This document shows positions 10,220-24,087 of a DNA stretch of 64,000 nt, in pieces. The notes beneath the pieces are model-generated. The model had not been told where the DNA came from. It searched no databases and saw nothing but the letters and a program-made list of their open reading frames with translations. Origin of the DNA: Phoronis australis (lineage: Eukaryota > Animalia > Phoronida); contig NMRA01000565.1 in the NCBI GenBank assembly GCA_002633005.1, positions 193,682 through 257,681 of the forward strand. Direction: 5' to 3'. Position numbers and translations under genes: made by a program. Numbering within the stretch: the stretch's first letter is position 1; each line of letters begins with the position of its first letter.

Positions 10220-12653
10220 CTGTAGTTTCTCCCTTAGGCAACACTGAGCAATATCAGTGTTGGAATTAGGCTTCATGGGACCTTTAAGCTATAACACAGG
10301 AAAATTCTCCAATGACACCCGGAAAACCAAAATCTTACAGCTCCTCGGTAATGACCTAAGTTGACAACCCTGTTGAGAAATGTAATAAGAAAGCCCTGCG
10401 CAGTTAGCCACGAAAGAGTTAACGAATTGAAATCACGCTTACCAAGCGTAAAGTATAAACCAATAAGCCGGAAGCAAAATTTGGTTCAAAATTTATTATT
10501 TTGGGGTAAAATTTGAAATTTGAAACATATACTCGAATGTGTTTTTTTAGAATTGACACTTTCATTACAAGTTTATGTAGAAAATACGTATTTTGAAACA
10601 TTGTTTAGGCACCAAACTTCACACGTTAGCTCTGATAAAGAAGTTAGTGGAGCTCTTTCAACATTCTCGTCGCCATAGTCTCCGACAGTGCTGTAGTGGT
10701 AAAATTAGGGGCAAGTAGGCATCCACTATAACTTGACCACTGAATTTTAAAAATGCATTGAATTCGCAAAACCTAACTCACAAACATGTAGGCCTGTTTG
10801 TGACTCACGGGTGGGTATTTACTTCGAGTCTGCTGTGGCGAATCTGGGATGTCGCGGAAAGGGGCCCAATCACACATATAGGAAGGCAAAGGCCCGCATG
10901 CATTCCAAGCTGTTTCTGAAGGGGCCCAAACACAATTATAAAGGAAAATAGGCGCGTAACACCCAGAAACTATATGCTGGTGGTGTTTTTAATCGCACGG
11001 GGTGGTGTCCTCGGGGCCCTTCGATCGTCTGTTGACTATCCGATTCATTTCGCTGAATCATCGTTCACATTCAGCTGTACTGAAAGGAAAAGTTTTAATT
11101 CATAATGTAAAAACATGGTTGGCCGCGCTTACGTTCTCTTACGTGCGCCTACGTCCCACTATAACGTAACTTACGATGCGTAGGCGCTGTATTCAAATGC
11201 CAAAAGATGGTTGACTGTGCCTAGGGGCGCCTACGCCCCACTAAGTAACAGGTCTCCGATCGAGCCAGACGCCGATGCAAGGCCTCTTTTTGTGTGGGGC
11301 CTCCTTGAGAGGCAGTGACTGCACTGAGCAATATTAGTCCATTTTATCTGTCGCCCATAATAAATCAGAAGATGGACTATAGTTTTGATATCAAACTCAG
11401 GAAAAGTATAACTAACCATGCTGACTGGATGAACGTGCTCCATGAAGACAAGCCAATGCAAGGTCTGAACAAATAACGGAAGCGACCACACAATGCCTTC
11501 ATCATGTGACGTGTTTTAATGTTTGTTTAGGCTCGGGTTGCCGTAGCAGGGGCATGACCAACATGAAAACATGGCGGCTTGTTTTTTCTGTAGCCAAAGG
11601 TGTAGGTTGAGAAAAAACATACCGAAGAGAGGTAAATTCATGTCTGCAACTGAACTACTTGTACATGTTTCTAAAGCACACCTTCCTTGTGCGATGTTAT
11701 GTGCAAGAGTACACTTCCTTGTTAGGAAATTTTACCAAACCTTTGTTGAGGTTTATCAAATGCCTATCCTGTTTCAGAACAATGCCTTTGGTATAGACCG
11801 AAGAAAGAACAACTCAGCACGCCCTTATTGAACATTTTCCTTATTGTACAGAGCTCTACCTTACGACATCCTGGTTTCGCTGCTGAGCGTGTAGAAAAAT
11901 AACCAGTTCATTGGGTTAGAGACGAATTGTCGAAAGTGTTTGCGCACATGTACGCCCCCTATGATTTGGTATATTCTAAAGAGGAGTAGTTTAACAAATC
12001 GGTAGTTCCACGTCACCAGCCAAAGATTCCTTTCTTTCAAAATTCCAACCGCAGGAAATGATATGCCGCGACGTAAACACGGTGTAGACTAAACGTGAAT
12101 TACATACCATTTAAAATATCAAACAAAATATATACGACGTGTGTTGCTGAACGAGTGGCTATTGATTGAAATGAACAACAAGTGTTATAAACATATTCTG
12201 TCAGTATCTAAATTACCGGAAAATTACAAAAATACCGACGCATAGTACTCCTAGATCCTAGATACCAGTTACAGACAATTGACCGGGTATATACAGGTGT
12301 ATAGCGCAACATAAAAAGCAGGTCATTGGGTAAGATTATTCATGAAAACCAAAAAAGCATTAACAAAAGGAGATTTACGGGTGAAAATAACAAGGTTGAG
12401 TTCAGTACACAGTGCTAGGACCTACGTTGGGAGCTCGCTAAAATCTAGCCAAAATCACGCGTTCTCATTTAAAATACACGACAATGTCAAGTAACTTCTC
12501 GAAGTCTTCAAGTGATTTTTAGCGAGGTCTCGGCGTTACTGAGCTCTACCCACAATTATTTGTATTTAAACTTTACTGCAAAAACTTATATTTCTGGTAT
12601 AACTGTTCAGAAAGTATTTTCCATTTTTGATCCAAAGTTGAGAGAGGGATTAA

Positions 12654-14258
12654 AGGACAATGCCACCCTGTTTAATTATTTTTTACCGTCTTAATCGGTC
12701 TATACATGTATCTACATCGCCTCTTATACGGTCGACCTCACCTTGTCGAGAAGCGTCACGTTAACCTGTGAGGAAGGTGAGAAACTACGCAGCGACGTCA
12801 GTGGTTCGCCTGCAGAGTGAATGCCGATATAATACGGTCCATCGTTCCCGTTTGTCCGAACTACGAAGCTGCGAAGAAAGCGGATATATCGTTTTTTCGA
12901 CTTCCTCGAGAGCCTGAAATGCTTAGAAAGTGGCTCGCGGTAGTGAAGAATGAAAGGTACGCTGTTAATAGCAAGTATGAGGCCGTGATACATCTCCGTG
13001 TCTGTGGCCGGCATTTTGACGACAGTGATTTCTCTGACGAATTCTGGCTTACCTAAGAACTACCTATACGTTCCGTTGCCTGTGTCACGGCGCCTCTCTA
13101 GTATTTCTTGATCAATGTATTCCGGTTCGATTTGATGGCCTGTGAAACCTAACGATCAAACCCGTGAAGTCTTCGTCGGATGAGCTCTTGACTAAGCCGG
13201 GATTGGCGCGCGGGCAACTTGCCATGTAGGCGTTTATTATTCTGCGTTCTGTTTCAAAATGAATTATTCTCATCCTAACCAATGCTTATATGTAACTGAA
13301 ACAAAGTCTGTCTCATTAGATACAATTTGTAATGCCTTGGAGTGCTCATAGAGTGCAAATGTTTCGAGAAGCCAGCAATGAATAAACCACTGCGTTACCG
13401 GCTTTTGATGCCGGCAACAAAGGTAATTGACCGGGCACCGGAGGCCGTGTGAGCGCATGCTAATTCAGTGTTTGTTGACAGATGGCTGTTGTGAAACAAT
13501 TACTCGATTTTATATGCTATGGTCACATGTTAGGGGAATCTTTATTTAGAAATACAAATGCATTATTCAAATCATTGTCCTGACGGTCTGTGGAAGGGAA
13601 ACCCGACATCGCGCCGGCCCCCGACAAGTAAGTAGATTTTCAGTTTCGTGGCTAATTCACATAGATAATTACGTGCACAATTATTTCTTTGGCTCACTAT
13701 TATAATCTTTTCGAGACTGGAGGTTTAGTTTCCAACTCAAGCTGGTTTATGTTCGTGCCAGTCCCGGAGGCCGCGAGGGGCCTGATCGGGAGCCAGTGGC
13801 CGGGATGACGAATCAGTCCGTCCGCGACAGACCTGATCGGGATCCGAGCCACTGGGCAGGGATAACAAGCGTTTTGTGTGTTTAGAACTAAAAAAATCAC
13901 AAGTATAAAACAACACAGATCTAGGTTCTCCTGTCTGTATTTCACGGAAGAATACTTCGAATTTATCTCGGAACAGACCCCAAACTCCTGTTACGGACCT
14001 TGGTAAATTAGCCTTCTGAACTTTGGAGGCAACGGTGTGTCCAAATACCAGCAAATCAGTAACAGCGAAATAAAACAACACGTTTTTTTTATAGAACTCT
14101 GTGTATTTTCAAGGGTTTTACATCGAAGTTTGATGATTTATTGGTGTTAAACGATGAATTCAAGCAATAAGCTGACACCACTAACCCGTGTTGTGAAGTG
14201 CTGAACAGAATGCGTGTGAAACCAATTACGTCATTGGATAATTTCAACACCTCTGTCT
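12654..14258 (+). mobile_element. Kolobok-like element with THAP remnant, truncated at one end
   Basis: TTAA|AGGACAATGCCACCC terminus and THAP-like CPNY..FFRLP..W..RVCGRHF (12817-13056). Inverted homolog of 39987-41668. Confidence 0.75.
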
Positions 14259-14313
14259 GAAAGAATGCGCATTCCCACACCCTCCTTCGAAGTATTCAAA
14301 AACTTCTTTCAAT

Positions 14314-16348
14314 TTATGCCATAACCTCGTACTCGACCTCGTTACCTTCTACAATTGCAACATTCAGCTCGTTATACTCTTCACGTGAATCTCCCGCGCT
14401 CTTTGCCAGTTCTTCATAAACGGGGGGTTGTGTCAAATTGACGTAAGGTACGTCCTCTGTTCGTTGATAAGCGTAAGCTTATATGCCTGAGAAGGCACCA
14501 TCTTGGTGACACTGACAATCGTCAACTCGCTCATGTTCACCCGTCTTCCTGACCTTTTTGTAGTATAATTCTGAAAATATCCGGGTCTGAAGACGATTTT
14601 AGTGACACAATCGTTTATTGAAATGGGGATTTGGCAGATTTTTTTTGGGGGGGAGGACAGGGGGCCTCCCCCCTTTGGCTGCCGCAAAAAATAAAACAGC
14701 AAGAGTGTAGGGAAATGTTGAGTTTATTAATTAACGCGGGTAATTAAAATCGTAACTGAACTATGGCTAAGTATAGGCTCTCCCGCGATATCTCAGGCGA
14801 CCGGCAGTGGCGCTAGGCACTACGAATCCGTTTCCGTCGTCTGCTCCACAGTGCAATGAAGAAAATTACTTCATTTTTAAAGAAAATGGAATCTTTGCGA
14901 TGATGAAAAAACAGAAGCTGCTAGTCAGATGTCAATTTTAATCGAAGCCTTTGTGAATCACTCAGAAACTCATTATTCTCTCTTTGTCAAACCTTAACTT
15001 TTAAAAGATGATTTCCAAAGCAATCGTGTCTTTAGGCTATTGCCAACACAAAAAAAACGTAGATTTGGTCTTTTGGGCAATTGAAGACTATTTTAAATAC
15101 AACAAATTTGTAACGAACTGATTGCACAAAATATAAAACATGTAATGAGCATTACAAAAAGAGGTTTCGAGCAGAAACGCTGTGTACCATAAACAAACAG
15201 GTCTCTTAGTATCGGAATAGGAGTTAAATCGTGGTGGCGCAGTGGTAAAGCACGCGCGCTCTATCCGCTAGATCGTGAGTTCGGGTCTGTGTGGCGCTTG
15301 CAGTTTTTCCTGTTTGACAATTTCTCTGATTTTTTGCCTTTTTTCTTGAATAATACTTCGGGAATCAAGGAAAATGCTCGATTTTTAGAGGAAAAAATAG
15401 AAAAATTTCCTGGGCGGGAAAACCCCCCCTCCCGACTTCCCCCCATTCGGTGCTATGCGCATCTACAATCGTGCTTTGAGCAAATATTTACAGACAAAAT
15501 GTTGGGCCCCTCTTGTGTTATCCTAGATCCGCCACTGTGAACAAACCTATGCACCCGCCCCTGTATGTTAACAGGAACATTTCACAACTCTTTGAAGTTG
15601 TGTATTTCCTAAACAATGAGTACCTACTAGCCTGGATGTCAAATCTCCAATAGTAAGCATTCGTAGATAGTTTGTGTTTACTTTTCCTCCTTCTACTGCT
15701 AGAGTGTGCACTTGCCGTCCAAGCCAGTCAAGCAGAGTCTCAATGTTTGTATCTAAAACTGAGGCTTACTTTCAATGACACACTGAAAAATATTTTAGAG
15801 CATGCGTATTTTAAAGACACTGTTTTAGCATTATTTCAATTAAAATCTTCATAAAACGGATTTTAACGCAATTAAGTTTGTTCAGTCGAAACTAGTACAC
15901 ATTCAACCCAACTCCAAATATTTTCAAACTTAACTGAATTTAACATATAGTTTAATTTTAATTTTAGTGGTGCACTACTACCTAAAATGGCTTCTAGAGT
16001 AACAGCGGATTCATGCATTATGGATGCTTATTCAACTGCCGTCATACCCAATGAAAAATATTTTTAAAACTGATAATAAAATACGGCAAACACACGCAGG
16101 TTCGAAAGTTACCAAATGTTTACGTTTTAGTGACGCCTTTCGACTGACGAAACTCATCATGTGTTGTAAATTTTTTGAATATAGGGGAGATAATATCTTT
16201 AAAACAAACAAGCTAACAAGCACGCAAACAAGCAAAAAATTACTAAATCAGCAAACCAGCAAGCTTTGTCAGAATTAAAATTTCCAAAAATAGAATATTT
16301 CTTACCAGTTAGTTCCCTGAAACCAGTACTCGTTAACTCCATACCCAC
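14314..16348 (-). pseudogene. Second cytoplasmic-tail cassette (B), period 1
   Basis: Segments 16306-16348, 15624-15752 (DTNIETLLDWL...LTIGDLTSRLVG) and 14314-14570 (...PYVNLTQPPVYEEL-x10-YNEL...VEYEVMA*) resemble the last three receptor exons. In-frame TAA at 14479-14481. Confidence 0.78.
14635..15538. mobile_element. Period-1-specific insertion with MITE-type end and tRNA-derived head (~15232-15290)
   Basis: Absent at ~54910. Ends in gatccgccactg and contains A-box TGGCGCAGTGG and B-box-like GAGTTCG. Confidence 0.45.
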
Positions 16349-16843
16349 TTTCAAGTACAATTTCTCAAAATCAAGATGGTCCGACGAACGAACTCATTTG
16401 AAAATTGTTGTAAACGCACTGAAATGGACTCATCTCTTTATCGGTAGCTAAGAACAAAACCGTTCAAAGAATGACCCCCTCTGACAAACTTTCAACTGCA
16501 TGGTTAACACGTTTTCAACAGCAGCGACGGGTCATTTTCAATGTTGAAAAAGTGGCCCAGATAGTTTTCCACGGGGTAAAAATGTATTATTACACTGGCT
16601 CTCTGCATGACAACAACAGGGGAGTGTGGCAATGAAACCTCAACCCCCGGCATTCGTTTAAGAATGAACAGCTCACTGCGTCAATGAAATGACAAGCCCC
16701 TTGCTTGAAAAGTGACCTTGATCGTGTGACCTTGTGGAGCGCCTCGGAGGTCACTTCTCAGGTATCGAGTTTCACCATATTAATTTTTTGGCGTTCCTGT
16801 TATCATTTTGCATCTCTCCTCAAGTTTCCTTTGGTGTCCCATT

Positions 16844-19800
16844 TAGTCTCCTTCACAGACCCTCGAGGTTGGTTGGGGTCTGCTACAGGGCACTTTTCCA
16901 TCCGCATTCTTGGAATATCATTGGCTGTTCCGATTTCAAGAAAGAAGGCATTCTATTGGTCAGTTGTATAATAGGTCAAACTAGTTCACCAACATGGCGA
17001 CTTCCAGTGAAAGAATGTCGGTGGATTTACAGCTGTTTAAATCTCTCTGTTTTGATCGAACTCCTGCATTTCAAAGCTAACGAGTCAAGGAATACATCAC
17101 CAGTAACGTATACGAAACATTTTATGATAATTGTCCAGTATACTATGCTGGATTCTGAAATAATGTGATTTTTTACGAAATAATTTTCCATTACCCCAGG
17201 CATAGCCACCCACAACAACAGTCGCGTACTATAGCACCGAATAGCGGGAAAGGACTAGCTGAGTGCGTCGCGGCCACGGGAGATTGTCTCGATCTTTGCA
17301 GAGCACACCCTCTCGTATGTTAACATGTTTATGTGCGTTATATAAGTTCCCGAGAATGCCGTGAAGGTTGAACTGGTGGGTCAGATAAGGATATAATACA
17401 CTGTCACTGGCACACTTGTCACTTCTAACAGAAGTTTGGAGAATAAAAATAGTCAATGGTCCTAAACACGCAAACATTAATCAGTCTAGCAATAGTGTTA
17501 CAATGACTGATTTTATCGCTTTTGGCGGTGCCATTCAGCAGTGCCTTTGACTGCCATCGTACAGTCATACGGAGTATTCAATTATTTCGGAGGTTGTTTG
17601 TTGCTGTGAAATTATGATTATACCCAATCTTTTTTATAATCAGCAAGATAAAACCTCACCCTTTTGTGAGTTGGCACAATCATTAAAACTGACCCATTTT
17701 GGTGGTAGCCTCAATGAAAGAGTCTACTTTTCTGATAAAATAATTACGCAAAGTTATTATTTACAGGGAATTGAATTTCAGCAAGAATCTCTCTGGGCTG
17801 TATTCTTTTTAACACAACAAGCCTCAGTTGTATATGAAACCTCCAGTGGTTTTGGTGGAAAAATGGATTATTTTATACAGTTCAAACCAAAAAGTAAATA
17901 TTTTTGTGTGGAATTTATTTGGAATTTCGCCCTTTCATCACTCTAGAGGTGTATTCCCAAAACATGATCTAATAATCCCTTTTCAGGGTTTTAAATCAAT
18001 CCATCAAGACTGAGCTAGAACCTGTTTAGCCCAAAAACATTTAAATACAATGTGGAGAATAAGAAAGCATCTGTATTAAAATGAACCCATTTTAAGTTAC
18101 TTGTCCACAAAGTGTACCATTTTTAAGCTGCTATCAACCCAACCTTTTTTAGAACCGTCATGTAACAATATACGATTGGTCTCACTACCAACAATGTTGT
18201 TTTTGGCCTAAATAGTAGCACAAATCTAATCAAATGGGTCGCATGGAGATTGGCATATCCAGCAATTGGATGTGGATACTAGTGTCTGGTGTCAGTCTTC
18301 GCGTGTGTGCTCATGGTTAAACTCTTGATCTCGTACTGTTCCTTACTGAGATTACATGTGGCATATTGGCTTCCGTTGAACGATAGTTTGTTATTGCTTA
18401 AGTTTTTCAGATCAAAATTTATTCTTTGTCACATGCAATGCATTCATAGCACCTGTAAAGGAGTTTAATTCGAAGGAAATATTGAAGCCAGCAGACACCA
18501 GCTGATAAGCGCATTCTGAAATCAACAATTGTTCTTGTACTTTCCAATATGTTCAACCCACATTGTTAGTTATAGGGATAGGGTTCATTCCACCATCCTT
18601 GGGCTTTCAGGGTACTCTCCTTAAACCATTTCAAGGGGGTACTCCCACAGGTTTCTACAGAACATGACACTCAGCTGGGTGATTTCTTTCAAACAATTTC
18701 TCTTCAAAATGGTGCTTGAAAAAATCCCTACCATAGAAAACTTCCCATGAATACAACGGGTTTCACTCTGGAAGTTAAAAACACTGCAAATGGTACCTTT
18801 TCCTACTGCAGAAGGGGTTTTATTACGATACCTGTGTTTCTAAAACTTTGGGCACCAGACTCATTTTTGACAATAGGAATCTCTGAGCCGGCTTCTTCAA
18901 ACTTTATTAGTGAAAAAGACAGCTGTCCAAGAATTACTACGAAAGAATTCAGTTGTTAGCATTAACCCTTATAAAAAGATCGTGCATTTGTAACATTTGG
19001 CTACATTTTCATTGAACTCCAAACCTCAGATCACATACCTAATGTTTTTTACCCACTGTCTAAGTGGGTGGAGATTCTGATAGCACCAGATTATGCATAA
19101 AACTAAAGCTTAAGGCCCATTTGGGACATCTATTGGGTATTTTCGTAGCTACAAATTTATCCTCGGAAGATCTAGAGCACCTCGGCTATTTTCCTATTTA
19201 CAAATTTTTCCTCGAAACACTTCGGTTATTTTCATAGCCTCGACTATCCTCTCAAAGATTAACGTTATCCAAAATATGGGAAGTCATGTGATTTTCAGTC
19301 TTGAGAATAATATGCTAACTGAACTCTGCACACTTGCACAGTGCGTTCACCTATTAGGTGAAATTTGAGGTTACGAAAACACCCAAGGTGTTCTGGATGC
19401 CCTTGGAAGCAATTGTTTTCAGTGCATGCTCGAACTTTGGTCATTATGGCCAATTATTCTCCACTAAGTTTGAAAGTCAACGCACGTTAAATTCACCAAG
19501 GTGATTTGAATTGCTTAGGACCCTCAAGCTGTGCAGGATCCCACCTCGGGAAAAGGGAAGAAAATATTATGGCAACGAGGGGAGGGGTGTAGCTCAAGAA
19601 TTGTTGCTACCTGGAAGGTCGAATATTGTGGTGTTCTAGGGAGTGAACACTGTGTAGGCCATGATTGCACAAAGTGGTGGAAATTGGGCTCCAGCTGTGT
19701 CTACTGTAACAATGCCAGTGACAGATTTGGGGGGGGGGGGGGCAAGGGGGCCATAGCGCAGCCTAAAGTTCTCCCAGATTCCATTTGGAAGTTTGAGGGT

Positions 19801-20265
19801 GCGAATTTCTGACAAGCAAAATACTCTGCCCCTGCCCCCCTCCCCCAACTCAAAATCCTGGATCCGCCCCTGCTGTAAAAGACCTAAACAATTCATAAAA
19901 AGCTTTCAAATCATGAAACTGAAAAATGCCAAGTGAAAAAGGTGAAGCCATTGTCAATTCAGGTTTATTTACATGATAAGGAATCGATAATTACATGAAT
20001 TTCATCTCAGTTTGTTGATAACATAACAATATAAACAGCTACTTCACCAGAGACTTCGACCGCAAACGCAACCCAAAAATAAATTTTTACTCTTGCGACA
20101 CCTAGCGACCTCATAACTTATTACCGGATATAAGCATGCGCACGTCAACTTCCTGGTTAAAAATTGCCAGCTAACAGCCAATGAAATCCATCGTTCTAGT
20201 GCCCTGTACCTGAGCCTTCACAAGCAATCCGTGACGTCAGCTTGTGAGGCCCGGGAACCAGGTTA
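16844..20265. mobile_element. Non-autonomous Academ (AcademH-like) element
   Basis: 10-bp TSD gtgtcccatt (16834-16843 and 20266-20275), TAG...TTA termini, subterminal inverted motifs (tacagggcact, tcattggctgtt). Empty site at ~56228. Confidence 0.65.
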
Positions 20266-23200
20266 GTGTCCCATTTTGAAGTAGCGCCCTCTGGACGCGG
20301 AAGACGAAACACCGTTCATCCCAAACCTTCTGCCGCCCGGTTGCTTGACGGCAGGACTGGTTAGTTATACAAAACCGACCCTGAACCCCCCTCGGGTATA
20401 GCTGTTCCAGTGACACGTTTCCAATGCAAGTTTCCACAGATCCATGGGGTCATTTTACGTTCACCGCATTAATAGAGATGCTAGTAAAGAAAGACTCGGC
20501 GGAGTCACACCCGATCAAATAGCACAACGAAGCCATCAAGATTCTCGTACAATCCGCAGCTGGTTGCAATGGTTTAAGTTTGATACTTCTTTAGTTATCG
20601 TCTCGTCGTCATGCCAAGAAGTCGGGGAGAGGCTACATGGAAGAATAAAACATCTGGTAAGGGCCGGCAGTGCAGACATCGAAACTAAGCTATCGGTGTG
20701 GTTGGGGTTTCAGCCGCCAGGGGGCACGGTAGGATTGAACAATGGCAAATATCTGAGGGGCTTCAAAATCCTGTTTGGTTAGCACCACACGCCCAGTGAC
20801 GCCTTCAGTAGGTAGACTAATTTTAGTGATTCCTTCAAGAACATTACAGTAAACGTGCCGCAGCTACTGATGAATCCCGCCGGGCCGCATTCTGCCAGTG
20901 ACAACACAGTTCCGTCCGAAATCCCAGTGCTCGTGTTTCCTGGGAGTAAATACAGTCCCATGTGTGACTGAACTAGTTTGGCAAATACAAAATTGTGCAC
21001 CAGTGACGGGCATTCACTTTTGAATATGACGTGACTTTCATGTAACCAAGAGTTTTAAGAAACAGTCATTCCATCCACCTTGCAAATGTTTTAATTTTAC
21101 CTAATTTTTAGTACGCACTGGTGTGCGCCATGCTGATGAATTTACGTATGTGGTAGGTACACCCCTTCCGTACAACACATCATGCATAACAAATATAGAC
21201 ACCGTCTTTTAAAAAAGCTAAGGGTACAAAGAAAGCTTTGTATAGAAGGTATGCATTGTACTGGTGTGGGGTTTTATTTTTGGATGAAAATAAATGCACA
21301 CTCTCCCTGCCGCCACACGCTGCTGCTAAAGCGCAAAAATTTTTGTGAATGTGTTTCATGGAAAACTGGCTACATTGTCGGCTATTATCTTGTCTTTGGA
21401 CGTCATAAACTATCTCTTCATTTTGACCACTTTCCCATATAAAATTAATTGTTAGTTTACGCTGATCTGGCGAATGGCTACTGAGCTATACAATGAAAGG
21501 AGTAAAAGTTAGATAGTCAATTAAGATCATGATCAGAGCACAGAACGACTGCTCAACACAAAAGGCTGATAACGAACTGTGAACTCAAGGTCACTCATAT
21601 CTAATCCAAGTCAAGTGCTCGAAAACGAAATTATTGTCAGCATTTCCTATTATACTTTTGTGCAAACTCGAGATAAGTGTCTGTTATTGTACGCTTGAGA
21701 ACATAGTGGTATATTCATCAGTTCCTAGTCTAAGGTTGCACCTGGTGACTTTTATATTCGAGCTACAAACACGAATAACAACTCAAATTTTTGAGTTCAG
21801 ACTCAGTCAAACTTTTAGCATTAACGCTGGGGTCATCGAGCGCAAACTAGGACGAGGCAGTTAATAATAAACACTTATTTTGAGTTGGCACTGAAGTAGA
21901 ACAGAAAACGCCAAAAATAACTTTAAGTTTGTTTTCCAGTACTGAGAAAGATTAGAGCTGGACCCAAATTTACAGATGAAGAGTTTCACCCACTTTTCTT
22001 GAATTCAATGAAGGTTTAATGAATCCGTCACGAGAATTAACATGATAAGATAATATTCGACATCCGACAATCCTATTTTATGCCAAGATCATTGGAAATA
22101 TTTCACCAGAGAAATAGCGTCACCTACTTACAGGCGGTCAACATCCGTGCCGTTCACGAATTCTCTTTGTGGTGAGGCCACGAACGTTGTGGAGAAGCAA
22201 AACACGTGAATTTGCAATGAGACAAAATTTAACCGGACACACGAAGCAAGAACCTGTGTTCATATTTGATGTGGTTGAAGACTTATAGTGAGGTAGCCCG
22301 GCCCCGGGTCCGTAGTCTATGCATGAATATGTAAGTTAAACGAAGACATTTGTACCTGTTGTGACATTTGAAAAGGCATGGAACGCGAAAGCTCATAAAA
22401 ATATCGTTTAAACAATTCCTGACGAAAGTACCACCTCTCAACGTCTACTACAGAGCTATTCACTTTCCCCTGTGAGGGAATATTGAGAAAAATCACAAAA
22501 TTCATGAGTTTTAAAATACTCGTTTAGGGAAAACCCTATAGTCACCAAAGAGTTTCTAATCTGTTCCCCACTGACAAAAGTGCGCATGCGATTAGTCATT
22601 TGATAAACAGCTGACTGACGAGATGCCTATTTTAAACGACGGATTATGTGTGATTGCACTCCAAATTTGAGGTCGATAGCACGGTATGAGGCAAGGCAGT
22701 GAAGCAAGCGATTTCCCAAAAACGACGTGCTTTGCCTTGTGGGAGAAATGAGACGACGTGGCGAGCAGTTGACAGATCGTTTTTTTTTTAAATTTTAAGC
22801 TAAACATCAACAGAAAATCAATTTTTTTACGAACAAACCGTAAAAATACCCGGTGAACAGGATGAAATCTGTTTCAGTGGCAGAGGAACTCTTTGAGTTA
22901 TACAATTTAATTTGTTTTTCGCGTTCCAGGCCTCTTTAAGAACCACTAGCACTTACCAAAAGATAGACCAAACACACAATAATGCAAGTATTTCAATTCG
23001 TTTTTACCAATTGCACAGTTTTCAAATGCGTATTTCTGTCGTGCATGTCGTTTTTCCAAGCTTATTTACTAAGACAAATTTCAGATTTACGGACTTTGAC
23101 ACTTGTGGAACTAAAACTACGGATTAAAAAGTAGTGTCTATGCAAAACAGCGTTTATGACCCGAACCATGAGTACTGCAGGTACTTTGAAAGACGCTCAG

Positions 23201-24087
23201 GCTAACTCATTGGTTATTTCTGACCAGTCCAAAGGAACATAGCAAATTTTCTTATAGTAAATTTGTAAACAAGTGAAATGTTTCATGAATGCGATTACAA
23301 AAATCTTTTTAATGCAACATATAATTTAAAATCATGCCCAATCCCCAACTTTCTTTAATGTACTACACTGTGTCTTGGCACTAGTTCTGCACTCATCCGT
23401 CAGTTTACATATAAATCGAAAGATACGTGAATGAGTCAGAAACCAGGAACAGGCAGAAAGCTTGGACGAATCCGCAAATATAATAAATGGCTCTAAACAT
23501 TCTTATATATTTCTTTAAACGGGAAAATCTGCTTAGAATCCTTATTTTATACAAAAGTATGAAAAATGAGAGTAACGCTACTCGAGTGTATAGAAGATAC
23601 TTTTGTTCTGAAAAAGAACACTGGACGGTGACCGTAAATTGCACCTATTTTTGGCAATTTGTAACAAAATTTTCTTGTTTTATACTAACTTCAAGAAGTC
23701 TGTCCCATTCAAGAAATGCGTTTTCTGACATAAAATCGGTGTCTCTTAAAGGCACACAGGATTTTATGAGCTATTCACTGAGAGTTAGGCGTTACTAAAG
23801 TGAGGTCTACAGGTGCACAGATAACGTGGACTGTCCTGCTGACTAGCTGAGGCGAATGGCCAAGATAATTTCGTAGACGGATACACGAGAATAGTCGCAC
23901 CCTTCACATCATGATGTTGAAATCTTTGAGACGATTGAAGGAAGTTGTATCTCAACACAATTTAGTGCAGCAATCGTTCTCGCGTATTGGAAGACAGTAT
24001 AAAGCTGGCCAAATCTCATCTGAATCGCAGCCCCAACGTGTTCCTTGCTTCAGCTCAGATACCACTGGCTGAGGTAATGCGTAACTG

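Noticed and set aside
12817-13056. Host THAP transcription-factor gene
   Set aside because: It lies within a Kolobok-like element whose second copy has full TIRs and TSD, and the first zinc-ligand Cys is missing.
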